Source: a virus (taxonomy: Duplodnaviria; Heunggongvirae; Uroviricota; Caudoviricetes). Taken from it: DNA of 23,793 nucleotides. The notes under the pieces are model-generated. The model saw only the letters and a program-made list of their open reading frames with translations, did not search any database and was not told the origin of the DNA. The DNA is taken from IMG/VR virus record IMGVR_UViG_3300017971_002799, positions 64,001 through 87,793 of that record; one strand, written 5' to 3'. Below, piece after piece: positions 1-9,117 of this stretch; position 1 is the stretch's first letter; every line of letters begins with the position of its first letter. Made by a program: the position numbers and the translations under genes.

Positions 1-1867
1 GAGAATGGTCATTATCCTGTAATCCCGATAAGGCACCGTGGTCTTGCGCCCCAACGCCAGGGGTTAACTTAGCAGTCCTCCAGTCTACATAATCAGCACC
101 TTCATCTGTAGTACGAATTCGGGCCTTAACAGCGTTACCGTAAGAATCCCTAGTTTGGAAAATAACTGAGGCTATAGGGTGCATCTCAGGAGATATAATT
201 TCATCTATTATTATGTTATTTATCTCAACCTCAGCACCTTGCCTCGCAGATATTACATTCCCATAAGTAGACTGGCCTACTAAGACTATAGGTTTCAACT
301 CCACGTTATTAGTAGCAAACACGTGACACAAAACGAAGTCACCATTAGCCACTTCTGTAAGAGTACCTCCATTGTCCCATGCTAGGCGTCCAGTTCCTGT
401 GGTAAGAACTGAATACCCAGCATTAGTAGCCCATCGCATACCATCCAAGCCTGTATTCCTATAATAGATTTCAAGCCCAGATGCAGAACCTACTGCAGTT
501 AAATTATGTCTAAGATCCTCATCATAGATCTCTCCAGCCTCAACTCCAAATTGAGCATGAGAGTTTACATCACCACTCTGGTCTGCCTGAATATCACTAA
601 GAGCTAAACCATATGCATAAGTTGTACCAGTAGACTCATGAATCCACAAGTGCGTCCAAGGAGACATAACTATGCCGTGACGTTCCTCCATCAATCTATT
701 TGTATTATTATCATCATCCCAATAAACGTAGGCAACTAAAGCTGTGCTCAGAATAGCATTCTCAAGCTGGTCATGATTAGGATTGTATACTGCTGTAAGA
801 GTACCTCCATCATAGTAAATAACGTGAAGACCTTCATCATCAGTAATAGCAACAGAGTCCGTACCACTTACAACATATCTAAATCCATCTATATAATAAC
901 TAAATGTTCCACTAACAGGAGTTATAGAAAAAGTACGAGAGGCATCATCAAAGCTGAAGGTAGAATCTGTTGTGTTAGGAAACCCTGATGGTGACAATGT
1001 TTCCTGACTATTCTGGGCTAAAAGGTCTAAAGCCGCTTCCACATTAGTACCAGGATTATAGTAACTATATGTATCAACAATCGAGACATCTTCTGCAGCC
1101 ACAGATGGGACTGCCGGGCCCCAATCTGTACCATCAAAGGTAAGTACTTCATTCACACCTGCACTGGCGTTATTAGTACCTGTATCCGTATCTGTAAGAT
1201 TCCACAACGATGCACCGATAAAGGCTGGGGCCGAAATACTGTTCGTAGAAGTAAGACCACCAGTAAGCCCTATATCACCAATAACGGTCATATTACCGTC
1301 AAAGGCTGAAATGCCTGTAACTTGTACGCCACCATCTAGCCAAGCTACAGCATTAACCTCTAACTCATCAGACACCAGAAAATCGTCAGCATCAGACAAC
1401 CCGTGACTCGTAGTACCAGTACCCACTCTTACATAAGTAGCATTCCCTAATAACGAATCCACAGCATTCAAATCTTGCCCACTCATTTCAACACTGGAAG
1501 TAATGTCAAAAGAGATATCAAGAGTCTTACCGCTTATAGCAGTAGCAATGTTAGTACCACCTAAAACATTCAGTACATCTTCTACAGCAGTAGCCTCTAC
1601 GGATCCGCTATCCGATATATACTTAAACCAAGTAAGCTGAAGACCTCCCGACCCAGAATTAACAAAGGTTAAACCCGTGGAAGTGGCGTTAACAGCTACT
1701 ACATAATCACTAGAGCCAGTATAAGAACCTGGAGTATCAGTCAAATCCAGAAACGACTCGAGAGTTGACCCTCCACCTCCAGACTCCTCACCATAAAAGA
1801 TGAGAGCACCGAGAACGATGACTATAACGATAAATATAGCAGCTATTACTGTAAAAGAACTATTCAT
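1..1867 (-). CDS. Tail-fibre/receptor-binding-like protein with N-terminal TM anchor (622+ aa, runs off the window; absent from ORF track)
   Basis: ATG at 1867 after AGGAG SD. Read by hand: MNSSFTVIAAIFIVIVIVLGALIFYG (TM), then FLDLTDTPGSYTGSSDYVVAVNATSTGLTF and, at the edge, DHGALSGLQDNDHS; both motifs are familiar from phage fibre proteins. Both ends translated exactly; the middle was read through without noticing a stop. Confidence 0.8.
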   Translation of the reverse strand, partial: MNSSFTVIAAIFIVIVIVLGALIFYGEESGGGGSTLESFLDLTDTPGSYTGSSDYVVAVNATSTGLTFVNSGSGGLQLTWFKYISDSGSVEATAVEDVLNVLGGTNIATAISGKTLDISFDITSSVEMSGQDLNAVDSLLGNATYVRVGTGTTSHGLSDADDFLVSDELEVNAVAWLDGGVQVTGISAFDGNMTVIGDIGLTGGLTSTNSISAPAFIGASLWNLTDTDTGTNNASAGVNEVLTFDGTDWGPAVPSVAAEDVSIVDTYSYYNPGTNVEAALDLLAQNSQETLSPSGFPNTTDSTFSFDDASRTFSITPVSGTFSYYIDGFRYVVSGTDSVAITDDEGLHVIYYDGGTLTAVYNPNHDQLENAILSTALVAYVYWDDDNNTNRLMEERHGIVMSPWTHLWIHESTGTTYAYGLALSDIQADQSGDVNSHAQFGVEAGEIYDEDLRHNLTAVGSASGLEIYYRNTGLDGMRWATNAGYSVLTTGTGRLAWDNGGTLTEVANGDFVLCHVFATNNVELKPIVLVGQSTYGNVISARQGAEVEINNIIIDEIISPEMHPIASVIFQTRDSYGNAVKARIRTTDEGADYVDWRTAKLTPGVGAQDHGALSGLQDNDHS

Positions 1868-1881
1868 AGCAAGTACTCCTA

Positions 1882-2457
1882 CTACATACCCTTAACTAAA
1901 TCTTCCAAATGGCCAATCTCTGCCCCCATACCATTCAACTTTGTAATAAGGTAAAACATGAAAACCAGGATCGCTACTACAATCCCTAAAGTTACAGCCG
2001 GCAACCATTTCTTTACCCTGTTATCTTCAATAGAAGCACCCTCACGAGTACCTCTAACAATCTGTGCTAACCATCTAGGTTCCAAAATAGCGCTCATCTC
2101 AACAGCGGAATCCTTGCTACCCACTAAGTTAACCCAATCAGTGGGCTCATTCAAATCCAACGGCTGAAAATCCTCCCTCTGATACATACTACAAGGAATC
2201 ACCTGCTGAAAAAGCTTCGGCCACCCTAAAGGGAAACCCATAAACCTTATTCTACTAGGTGACACCCCATATTTCTCATCCTCAACTTGAACGTAAGGCC
2301 CCTCAACCTTGTAAAGCTTAAAAGTTATTGACTTATCCTTCTCGAGAAAGAAACAACCCATCTTACCGATTGTCCTCGCCTTTGTAAGAGCGTACACAGC
2401 AACCGGTGCTAGCATAAAGCATGCTAACATGAACAACATTCCACTTGCGGCAACCAT
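1882..2457 (-). CDS. Membrane protein, N- and C-terminal TM helices (191 aa), putative virion/morphogenesis protein
   Basis: ORF track; AGGAGGAGG SD; hydrophobic segments at both ends; lies in the structural operon. Confidence 0.7.
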   Translation of the reverse strand: MVAASGMLFMLACFMLAPVAVYALTKARTIGKMGCFFLEKDKSITFKLYKVEGPYVQVEDEKYGVSPSRIRFMGFPLGWPKLFQQVIPCSMYQREDFQPLDLNEPTDWVNLVGSKDSAVEMSAILEPRWLAQIVRGTREGASIEDNRVKKWLPAVTLGIVVAILVFMFYLITKLNGMGAEIGHLEDLVKGM

Positions 2458-2523
2458 ACAACCTCCTCCTAAATTAAAAACAACCTACTTAAACAATGAA
2501 TAAGTTATATCTCATAATAAACA

Positions 2524-2616
2524 TCACCTCTCTCTTTTATAAAATACAATCCAATTAAGAACAATCCACAACGAAACTAAAAAAGCTATGAAAAGAACAT
2601 CCTCCCAATCAAACAA
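2524..2616 (-). CDS. Putative 30-aa single-TM micro-protein (TTG start)
   Basis: Hand translation (M)FDWEDVLFIAFLVSLWIVLNWIVFYKRER*; fills an operon gap; below ORF-track cutoff. Confidence 0.4.
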   Translation of the reverse strand: MFDWEDVLFIAFLVSLWIVLNWIVFYKRER

Positions 2617-2640
2617 CGAACCGTTGTTAACTCCAAACCC

Positions 2641-2715
2641 TCAATCACCAAAAGTACGAAGCCAATCATCTTGCGGAAGTTTGTGATGTATGAATTCAAT
2701 GGGTTCTTCCTCCAT
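2641..2715 (-). CDS. Putative 24-aa acidic micro-ORF
   Basis: ATG 2 nt after the upstream stop: MEEEPIEFIHHKLPQDDWLRTFGD*. Confidence 0.3.
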   Translation of the reverse strand: MEEEPIEFIHHKLPQDDWLRTFGD

Positions 2716-2717
2716 CG

Positions 2718-3068
2718 TTAACTCACATTCCTACTAAATATTCCAGCAAGAGTCATTATAGCTCCGTATACAAACAATCCTACAAACGGAGCAATAACAA
2801 ACCACCGATAAAGCTCCCAATCTGTACCTTGAATAAATGCAAACTTTAGAGTTAACATATCAAACATACCCTGGAAGAAGCCAGGCACAGATCCTATAAC
2901 CTCCCAGAACCCCCAATCCTGTTCCTCCGAAATGGTTTGCCAGAAAGCTATTTGGTTTAACACACCTCCCTCTCCCTCTCCGAGGTAAGCACCCTCCATT
3001 ACAGCACCCAGCATACTACCGCCAAGCCACACAAAAATCAAGAACGCAACATATTTTGCTGGAAGCAT
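2718..3068 (-). CDS. Small integral membrane virion-type protein (116 aa)
   Basis: ORF track; GGAGGTG SD overlapping the upstream TAG; N- and C-terminal hydrophobic helices. Confidence 0.75.
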   Translation of the reverse strand: MLPAKYVAFLIFVWLGGSMLGAVMEGAYLGEGEGGVLNQIAFWQTISEEQDWGFWEVIGSVPGFFQGMFDMLTLKFAFIQGTDWELYRWFVIAPFVGLFVYGAIMTLAGIFSRNVS

Positions 3069-3080
3069 CTATCTCACCTC

Positions 3081-5132
3081 CTAAGTACTCCTACTAACCC
3101 ATAAGTAAAGACTACCCGCGAGTAGGTAGACTAAGAATATCCAAAGAGGAAGTACTCCAGTACCAGCAGCAGCGAATAACAAGATAGCACAAGCCGCCCC
3201 TCCTAAAAGAGAACTACCGGTCGCAATCACAACACCTACGCCAAATCCGATAGCCGTTGCAACCATTACAAAAGCATACAACTGATTACTTCCCCAACCC
3301 ATATCCTCCGAAGCCTCAGAAACTAACTCATAAACAGGTAAATTCTCCCCTTGTCCCTCTTGATACATTTTATCAGACTGACTAACTGGCCCAAACATAT
3401 CTTCAAACTCGTACTCACCAATACCAGAAGACTTGTAGGAGGTACTTTGTGTAATTGCTCCCTCAACTACCGACAAATTCGAATTCATAGCTCCTAAGAG
3501 ACAAAAAAGATCATTCCCGTTAACAGACTGATCTTCTATCTTAATACTCCCAAAAGTAATATCCTCAGCATAGAAATCCCAATTAGCTACCTTAGTATTA
3601 TAAGCAACCAATGTAAAAAACTTATAATCAGCACCATAACCAGTCCCCGAAGGATTTGTAGCATAAGACCTAACATAGTAAATAGTACCAGTAGACAAAC
3701 CACTTAAGGATCCTGTAAAGGAACCAGTACCCCAACTACCTGCTTCTGCAGTCTTACTACCAGCTACTGTAGGAAATCCAGTAGTATTCCAACAAAAGCC
3801 ACGAACCGTGGGAGCTGATGCACCCAAATCCGTTATGGTACCTCCGGCAACTGCACTCGTTGACGTTACACCCGTTATACTATCCGTTGTTAGTATTGGG
3901 GGTACATAACTTTGAGTTAAATATATAGTGCCAGGTGAATATTTACCCCATAAGTTAGAATAATATGAGCCATCTCCATAAACTATCATTGATGGCATAC
4001 CACCAGCACCTATATCCCCCCCAGAAGCCCATGCAGTTCCTACTTTTGTACCAATACCCACACTTCCATCAGTAGGAATACGCAATAACTGTAAATAAGA
4101 ACCTAAAGCAGAATCAGAAATAATTGACAAAAAATAAGGTTTAGCTACTTCACCAAATCTATAAAGTCTATCTGCTTTGCCATCAGTAATAAATTTATAA
4201 GAATCAACTGATGTAATAGTTCCGCTAGCTACAAGATTAAACGTTTCTATTTGTGCATTACCTGTATCTATTTCATGTGTATAAGCTCCTATTTTTGGAT
4301 AATCAGTTAAGTTAGATACCACAGCAGGTTTTGATACTGAACCAATAGATATAGTAGCATCAGAGAGTATAGTTTTATTTTGTTCAATACTTATAACTCC
4401 TGATGTATTTATATATACAGAAGTGAGCCCTGTATGAGCAGTTCCTGTTGAATTATTCCATGCTGTAACCCATTGATTATGTCCAAAATATTCAGTGTAA
4501 GCTCCATAAGTATTAGTTTTACCTGTACTAGCTACAGAGGTAACAGTTTGTACATCTCCAGCAGAGGTTATTTTTAAAGTTGAATATCTTAAATCTTGAG
4601 ACGCTGAAATGTCAACCCATGATACTCCGTACCAATCGCTAGAATTTTCTATGAAAAATAAATTATTATCTTCCGATTCATGCCACGCAGTTGTGAATCT
4701 ATCCGAATCTAAAAAATTATCGTTTGCTTGTGATATTGCACCACCATCAGAGATATTTAAAGTAAAAACTTTTCCGTAAGTAGCATCATGATCATTAAAA
4801 GCAAATGCCCATATATCACTTGAACCGTTAACAAAAACTCCGGCAGTTAAATCGCAACCATTTACGTTGTACGACCATGAATCAATAGCTGTAAAGGTTC
4901 CTGTATTAGAAACGCTGAAGGTCTTAACATACAGAGGATCATTACAATCACATGACGCCGCTCCGTATACATCCCCATCAATATGAAACACTTGTGGATT
5001 TTTATCATCAGTAGCTATACTACCTAAAGTAATACCCTGATCTGCAGCAAGCACAACTGAAGGTATTAACAAAGGTATAGCTAGAGATAACAGAAAGAAT
5101 AGTACTAAAAATATTCTTACACTATTAAGCAT
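3081..5132 (-). CDS. Secreted spike/adsorption protein: signal peptide, beta-rich domain, FN3-like domain, 3-TM C-terminal anchor (683 aa)
   Basis: Signal peptide ending VVLA; FN3-like module (TTDSITGVTSTSAVAGGTI...RGFCWNT...LSGLSTGTIYYVRSYATNPSGTGYG); three terminal hydrophobic helices. Confidence 0.75.
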   Translation of the reverse strand: MLNSVRIFLVLFFLLSLAIPLLIPSVVLAADQGITLGSIATDDKNPQVFHIDGDVYGAASCDCNDPLYVKTFSVSNTGTFTAIDSWSYNVNGCDLTAGVFVNGSSDIWAFAFNDHDATYGKVFTLNISDGGAISQANDNFLDSDRFTTAWHESEDNNLFFIENSSDWYGVSWVDISASQDLRYSTLKITSAGDVQTVTSVASTGKTNTYGAYTEYFGHNQWVTAWNNSTGTAHTGLTSVYINTSGVISIEQNKTILSDATISIGSVSKPAVVSNLTDYPKIGAYTHEIDTGNAQIETFNLVASGTITSVDSYKFITDGKADRLYRFGEVAKPYFLSIISDSALGSYLQLLRIPTDGSVGIGTKVGTAWASGGDIGAGGMPSMIVYGDGSYYSNLWGKYSPGTIYLTQSYVPPILTTDSITGVTSTSAVAGGTITDLGASAPTVRGFCWNTTGFPTVAGSKTAEAGSWGTGSFTGSLSGLSTGTIYYVRSYATNPSGTGYGADYKFFTLVAYNTKVANWDFYAEDITFGSIKIEDQSVNGNDLFCLLGAMNSNLSVVEGAITQSTSYKSSGIGEYEFEDMFGPVSQSDKMYQEGQGENLPVYELVSEASEDMGWGSNQLYAFVMVATAIGFGVGVVIATGSSLLGGAACAILLFAAAGTGVLPLWIFLVYLLAGSLYLWVSRST

Positions 5133-5143
5133 AACAAAACTCC

Positions 5144-6412
5144 CTAGGGCGTCGATATACTCACATCATTAAACTTACCAGCAACCATTAAAGCATATAC
5201 TGGATCTTCGTTTACAAAACATAAAGCACCAGTAGGAGTTCCAACACTCTGGCCAGCAGCCGCTTGTATAAAGATGTTAGAACCATCAAACCAACCAAGT
5301 ACAGTCTCTTCAGTTCCGGTAGCAGCTGCAACAGCGACAGTTGACTTTGATCCTGGATTCAACACATCAGTGTCTAACCAAAGTCTTGAACAAAGAACAG
5401 GCGAGCCGGATCTCCACTCAAGCAAGATTCCAGCCTGAACATCACTACCACCTGGAAAAGGTATAGCATCGCTATAAGTAGTCATAGCCGACGGAACAGC
5501 TTGTGTTCCTCCCCAAGATATCCCATGCTGAGGTGAATATGCATAAGGGGTAGCAACACCTGTACCAGAATTCCCTCCAAAACCTACTCTATAAGTAACA
5601 TCTACAGCTGCAACCGTTATTGTGCAGCCTTCTGGTAAAGTAGTTTCAAAAGAGCTCCGACCCGAAACAGTTACAGGAGGTGAGCCTGATTGGATTCCTA
5701 TCCAGGTATTATCACTCGAATCAGCAACCAATTGCCAAGGCTCACTACCGCTATTGGAAGTATAAGTTAAACCCTGATCGTAACCATTGTAATTCGGAGT
5801 CCCTACCTCATCTGATGTGGCTGCTCCAGTACCAGTCCATACACTAAACTCATAAGATGGACTAGCCGGGTTCAACCAAAGTTCATAACTGCCCTTCTTA
5901 CTAATAAGAGGCCTACCCCTACTAGGAACATCAAACAACGTCATGGTAGTACGAAGCTCGAAGTCGTCCGTTAAATCAAGCGTAGCAGAATCAGCAGCCC
6001 AAGTATAATCATCTACATCACCTAACCAAGCTTGTGAACGAGTACCTGCAGCTGGGAAACCCATCCAAAGCGTAATCTCTTTATGAGAATTACCATTAAT
6101 ACTAGACAACAAACCAGTCCAAGTAACATTTTGTGTTCCACTTAACTGCATAGCAACATGATCAAGTGTTGTAGAACCGTCCTGCAAATATGTATCGTCT
6201 GCATCCGACAACATCATACCCAAATCGACTAAAGACGCAGGCGAGATCTCAAACTGTACCCTAACGTTAGTTAAATCAGTCGAGCCCTCATTCTCAACCG
6301 TTATAGGCATACTAAAAGCGCAATTAACGTAATTAGCTTTAACTACAGGAATTGAGACAATCGACAATACGAGACAGAAAAATAAAAGAATAGCTAAAAA
6401 CCGCACGCTCAT
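5144..6412 (-). CDS. Secreted adhesin-like protein, DUF2341-like N-terminus plus interrupted LamG/ConA-like domain (422 aa)
   Basis: Signal peptide ending VVKA; MPITVENEGSTDLTNVRVQFEI resembles DUF2341; LDLTDDFEL..LISKKGSYEL, GWFDGSNIFI and GKFNDVSI resemble LamG motifs. Confidence 0.6.
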   Translation of the reverse strand: MSVRFLAILLFFCLVLSIVSIPVVKANYVNCAFSMPITVENEGSTDLTNVRVQFEISPASLVDLGMMLSDADDTYLQDGSTTLDHVAMQLSGTQNVTWTGLLSSINGNSHKEITLWMGFPAAGTRSQAWLGDVDDYTWAADSATLDLTDDFELRTTMTLFDVPSRGRPLISKKGSYELWLNPASPSYEFSVWTGTGAATSDEVGTPNYNGYDQGLTYTSNSGSEPWQLVADSSDNTWIGIQSGSPPVTVSGRSSFETTLPEGCTITVAAVDVTYRVGFGGNSGTGVATPYAYSPQHGISWGGTQAVPSAMTTYSDAIPFPGGSDVQAGILLEWRSGSPVLCSRLWLDTDVLNPGSKSTVAVAAATGTEETVLGWFDGSNIFIQAAAGQSVGTPTGALCFVNEDPVYALMVAGKFNDVSISTP

Positions 6413-6416
6413 AGCC

Positions 6417-6578
6417 TTACCCCCAAGAACTCTTCATGTTCCCCTTCATTCGAGTTAAATTCTTCTGCAAGTTCTTGCCGGCCTTCTTCCTCTTAGCAGA
6501 ACTGCTAAAGAAATCGAGACTACCTAATACTCCCCCAGTTGATTTTCTGCTCCCCGATTTTTTCCTTCTCTTTTTCAC
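6417..6578 (-). CDS. 53-aa highly basic micro-protein (GTG start; absent from ORF track)
   Basis: AGGAGAG SD then (M)KKRRKKSGSRKSTGGVLGSLDFFSSSAKRKKAGKNLQKNLTRMKGNMKSSWG*; fills the gap before the 422-aa gene; overlaps the upstream ORF by 59 nt. Confidence 0.55.
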   Translation of the reverse strand: MKKRRKKSGSRKSTGGVLGSLDFFSSSAKRKKAGKNLQKNLTRMKGNMKSSWG

Positions 6579-6723
6579 TCAAATCTCTCCTAAAAGTCAT
6601 TCGAGTTCTTCCAAAACCAAGTAATCCCTCACTTGTGTGATCGTGTCGAACTCGTGCCCCTTTATGATCGTGAGAAAGAAACTCCCAATCATCTCCAAGG
6701 CTCTTACAATGCCAGTGAGGCAT
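6520..6723 (-). CDS. His-rich small hypothetical protein (67 aa)
   Basis: ATG directly after the upstream TAA, with GAGG SD; HxH and HDH motifs. Confidence 0.5.
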   Translation of the reverse strand: MPHWHCKSLGDDWEFLSHDHKGARVRHDHTSEGLLGFGRTRMTFRRDLSEKEKEKIGEQKINWGSIR

Positions 6724-8454
6724 TTAGGATAGCCTCGCTAATATGAACGTTATACCAAAGAGTAGAATTACAATGAATACCACCGCAAAGATGACATACA
6801 GAGGTATCATTCCTAAATAAGAACCTATAAGCAAAAACGGAATCGAGAGAGCTATAGCAGCCTGCACATTTCCTGTAGCGACAAAGATCCTGCCTGCTAA
6901 TAGCAGATATACAATAAAAGCACCAATACCAGCAACAATGGTACCTGGAACACCTATCCACTCACCGAAACCATTCATCGCCTGAGTCAAACGATTACCC
7001 ATATTGTCTTTCAAACCACGCGCGTAAGCGCCTGTCCAATCCGGTACTGTGTAAACAATCTCTACGAAAACTCTATCAATACGAACTTGACTAACTCCAT
7101 CACCAGAATAAACCTCAATACCGACTTGCAAATCTTCTATATCAGAGGTACGCCAAGTAGAATCTTCACTAGGCCTTGCCATCTTCTCCGCCGCGTGTAG
7201 TTTCTGATTCTCTCCAGCAGCCATTCGCCACTCACCAACAGTTTCTAGACCAGACAAACTAATAAAAGGCCTACCGTAAACTTCTCCATCATCACTACTC
7301 TGTAAATTGAAATGAACGGTAACACTCTTTAGACTTGAATCACTAACAAAACTAAAAGAGTCTAAGTGATAGAGGTCCGCTTGTAAGGAAGTGCTAGATG
7401 TATATACATAAGTATCACTATAGTCCAAACTAAACCTATCAGTCGCTTGTACCGCCGCCGACAGTGTACCTGATAATATAAACTCTCCAGTAGTACCATT
7501 AAAACTAGAAACATACTCAGATTCATTTTGTGGGGGCCCTCCATCTGCTGTCTGTGTTATCGTAAGAGTTGCACTATTCCAAAAATTATCTGCTTGATTG
7601 AAGGTAGCATCAACAACAGCTGTAGGCGAGCCGCTATCAGCTACCCCTCGAGAATTAGGCATGTTTCGTGTCCAATTCACCTTATCGTAGTGTGAGTTAA
7701 TATTTGGGAACTGTGATGCTATAGCAGTCTCAGAACCACTAGCATTCGGATAAAGATAAGACACTTTAGTTATATCAGGAACTTCTGCTACAGATAAAGA
7801 AGACTCGAAAGACTCAGGAGTCAACTGATCCATACCAGGTATAGCAGTCTTAAAAGCCAAAGAACCTGCGGTGTTTAATCTACCACTATCCGTTAAAAGA
7901 TCAATACTCCATACATCTTCAATTACGCCCGCCCTTATAAGCATCAGCTCACCAAGGAGAGATCTATTATAATCCATCGGGTTATCATAAACGTCAGCGT
8001 TAGCATCAACAGCATAGGTATCCTGATTACAATTAGCGGCAGGACATTCAACTAGAGGAGCGAAATAAGCAGGATTGCCGGACACCTTTATTGTATAATT
8101 ATCCAACTCATCCCAGTCAAGACCTTTCGTAGATATTTGTGAGGGTGTTAAATACACAGAAATGATATTATAATCATAATAGTTTAGAGGATTGGTGGCA
8201 ACAAGATTGTCATTTTCGTCATAAATAACCACCAAGTAAGTATCTTCCGCAGACTCTGTAGGTGTAACAGTATAATCTATATCATACTCAACATAAAACA
8301 ACCAATCACCATTCACCCATAAATTATTCCAAACAAAAACCTTCTCAATCGAGACGTCGTTTGGATTAGATATAGCAAAAGCCGACCCCGATAACACCAG
8401 AGTCAGTACTAAAACAGTTAGTATCGAAACGTTTAAAATCTTAGCTTTCCACAT
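6724..8454 (-). CDS. Secreted spike/adaptor protein with signal peptide and 3-TM C-terminal anchor (576 aa)
   Basis: Signal peptide ending SAFA; large beta-rich ectodomain; three C-terminal TM helices similar to those of the 683-aa protein. Confidence 0.75.
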   Translation of the reverse strand: MWKAKILNVSILTVLVLTLVLSGSAFAISNPNDVSIEKVFVWNNLWVNGDWLFYVEYDIDYTVTPTESAEDTYLVVIYDENDNLVATNPLNYYDYNIISVYLTPSQISTKGLDWDELDNYTIKVSGNPAYFAPLVECPAANCNQDTYAVDANADVYDNPMDYNRSLLGELMLIRAGVIEDVWSIDLLTDSGRLNTAGSLAFKTAIPGMDQLTPESFESSLSVAEVPDITKVSYLYPNASGSETAIASQFPNINSHYDKVNWTRNMPNSRGVADSGSPTAVVDATFNQADNFWNSATLTITQTADGGPPQNESEYVSSFNGTTGEFILSGTLSAAVQATDRFSLDYSDTYVYTSSTSLQADLYHLDSFSFVSDSSLKSVTVHFNLQSSDDGEVYGRPFISLSGLETVGEWRMAAGENQKLHAAEKMARPSEDSTWRTSDIEDLQVGIEVYSGDGVSQVRIDRVFVEIVYTVPDWTGAYARGLKDNMGNRLTQAMNGFGEWIGVPGTIVAGIGAFIVYLLLAGRIFVATGNVQAAIALSIPFLLIGSYLGMIPLYVIFAVVFIVILLFGITFILARLS

Positions 8455-8776
8455 ACTCCCCAGGGACCTCCAAAAGCTTGCGACGCACGAATCCTAACTT
8501 CTGCAACTTTTCTAAAGCAACACTTACTCTTCCCGATGGTAACTCTGTCGCCTCCGGCAAATCAGCCTCTTGATAGCCTTCTTCATACAACTTCTCCCAC
8601 ACAACATGCATATCAGGATCCCAATACCCTGTATGCTCATAAGTTTCCAACTGACTTACAGTATCAGCTGGTAACTCCTGTCTAACAAGACTGCTCCTAA
8701 CTAGCTTAGAAACAAAACCAGGATCCACCTTCTGGAAACGTTCAGATATTCTTACAACATCCTTCATCTCTGCCAC
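8441..8776 (-). CDS. Winged-helix DNA-binding protein (111 aa; GTG start re-assigned from 8785)
   Basis: C-terminal LPEATELPSGRVSVALEKLQKLGFVRR fits a wHTH recognition helix and wing. Confidence 0.55.
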   Translation of the reverse strand: MAEMKDVVRISERFQKVDPGFVSKLVRSSLVRQELPADTVSQLETYEHTGYWDPDMHVVWEKLYEEGYQEADLPEATELPSGRVSVALEKLQKLGFVRRKLLEVPGEYVES

Positions 8777-8788
8777 TGTAAACAACCT

Positions 8789-9115
8789 CTAATCTTCTTC
8801 GTCCACTTCTTCTCGAGTACTCTCAACTCTTTCTCGCACGGCGTCTCGATACTGCTCACCTGTAATATCCCCTAACAACTGTGCTTTTACAATTCCTGGA
8901 ACAAACTCCCACTCCTCTGGTAAATCCTTTTTCTTAACTTCTGTTAACTGCCAATCCGGAAACCAAACGAGAGTACCCTTCTCTAAAAGAGCTACTTGAT
9001 AACTCTCGTCCGTAGACTCTGGCTTCATATCGACTTCCATAACAACACCCAAAGAACTTTTATGCTTCCCACTATCAACCTTAACTGTGTCGCCAGGAAC
9101 TAAAGCAACGGCCAT
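8789..9115 (-). CDS. KOW/SH3-like motif protein (108 aa; ATG start re-assigned from 9121)
   Basis: LVPGDTVKVDSGKHKSSLGVVMEVD matches the KOW pattern. Confidence 0.55.
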   Translation of the reverse strand: MAVALVPGDTVKVDSGKHKSSLGVVMEVDMKPESTDESYQVALLEKGTLVWFPDWQLTEVKKKDLPEEWEFVPGIVKAQLLGDITGEQYRDAVRERVESTREEVDEED

Positions 9116-9117
9116 CT

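Noticed and set aside
6704-6961. 85-aa Cys-rich minus-strand ORF
   Set aside because: Alternative frame inside the TM-coding end of the 576-aa gene; Cys-richness follows from the G/T-rich composition.
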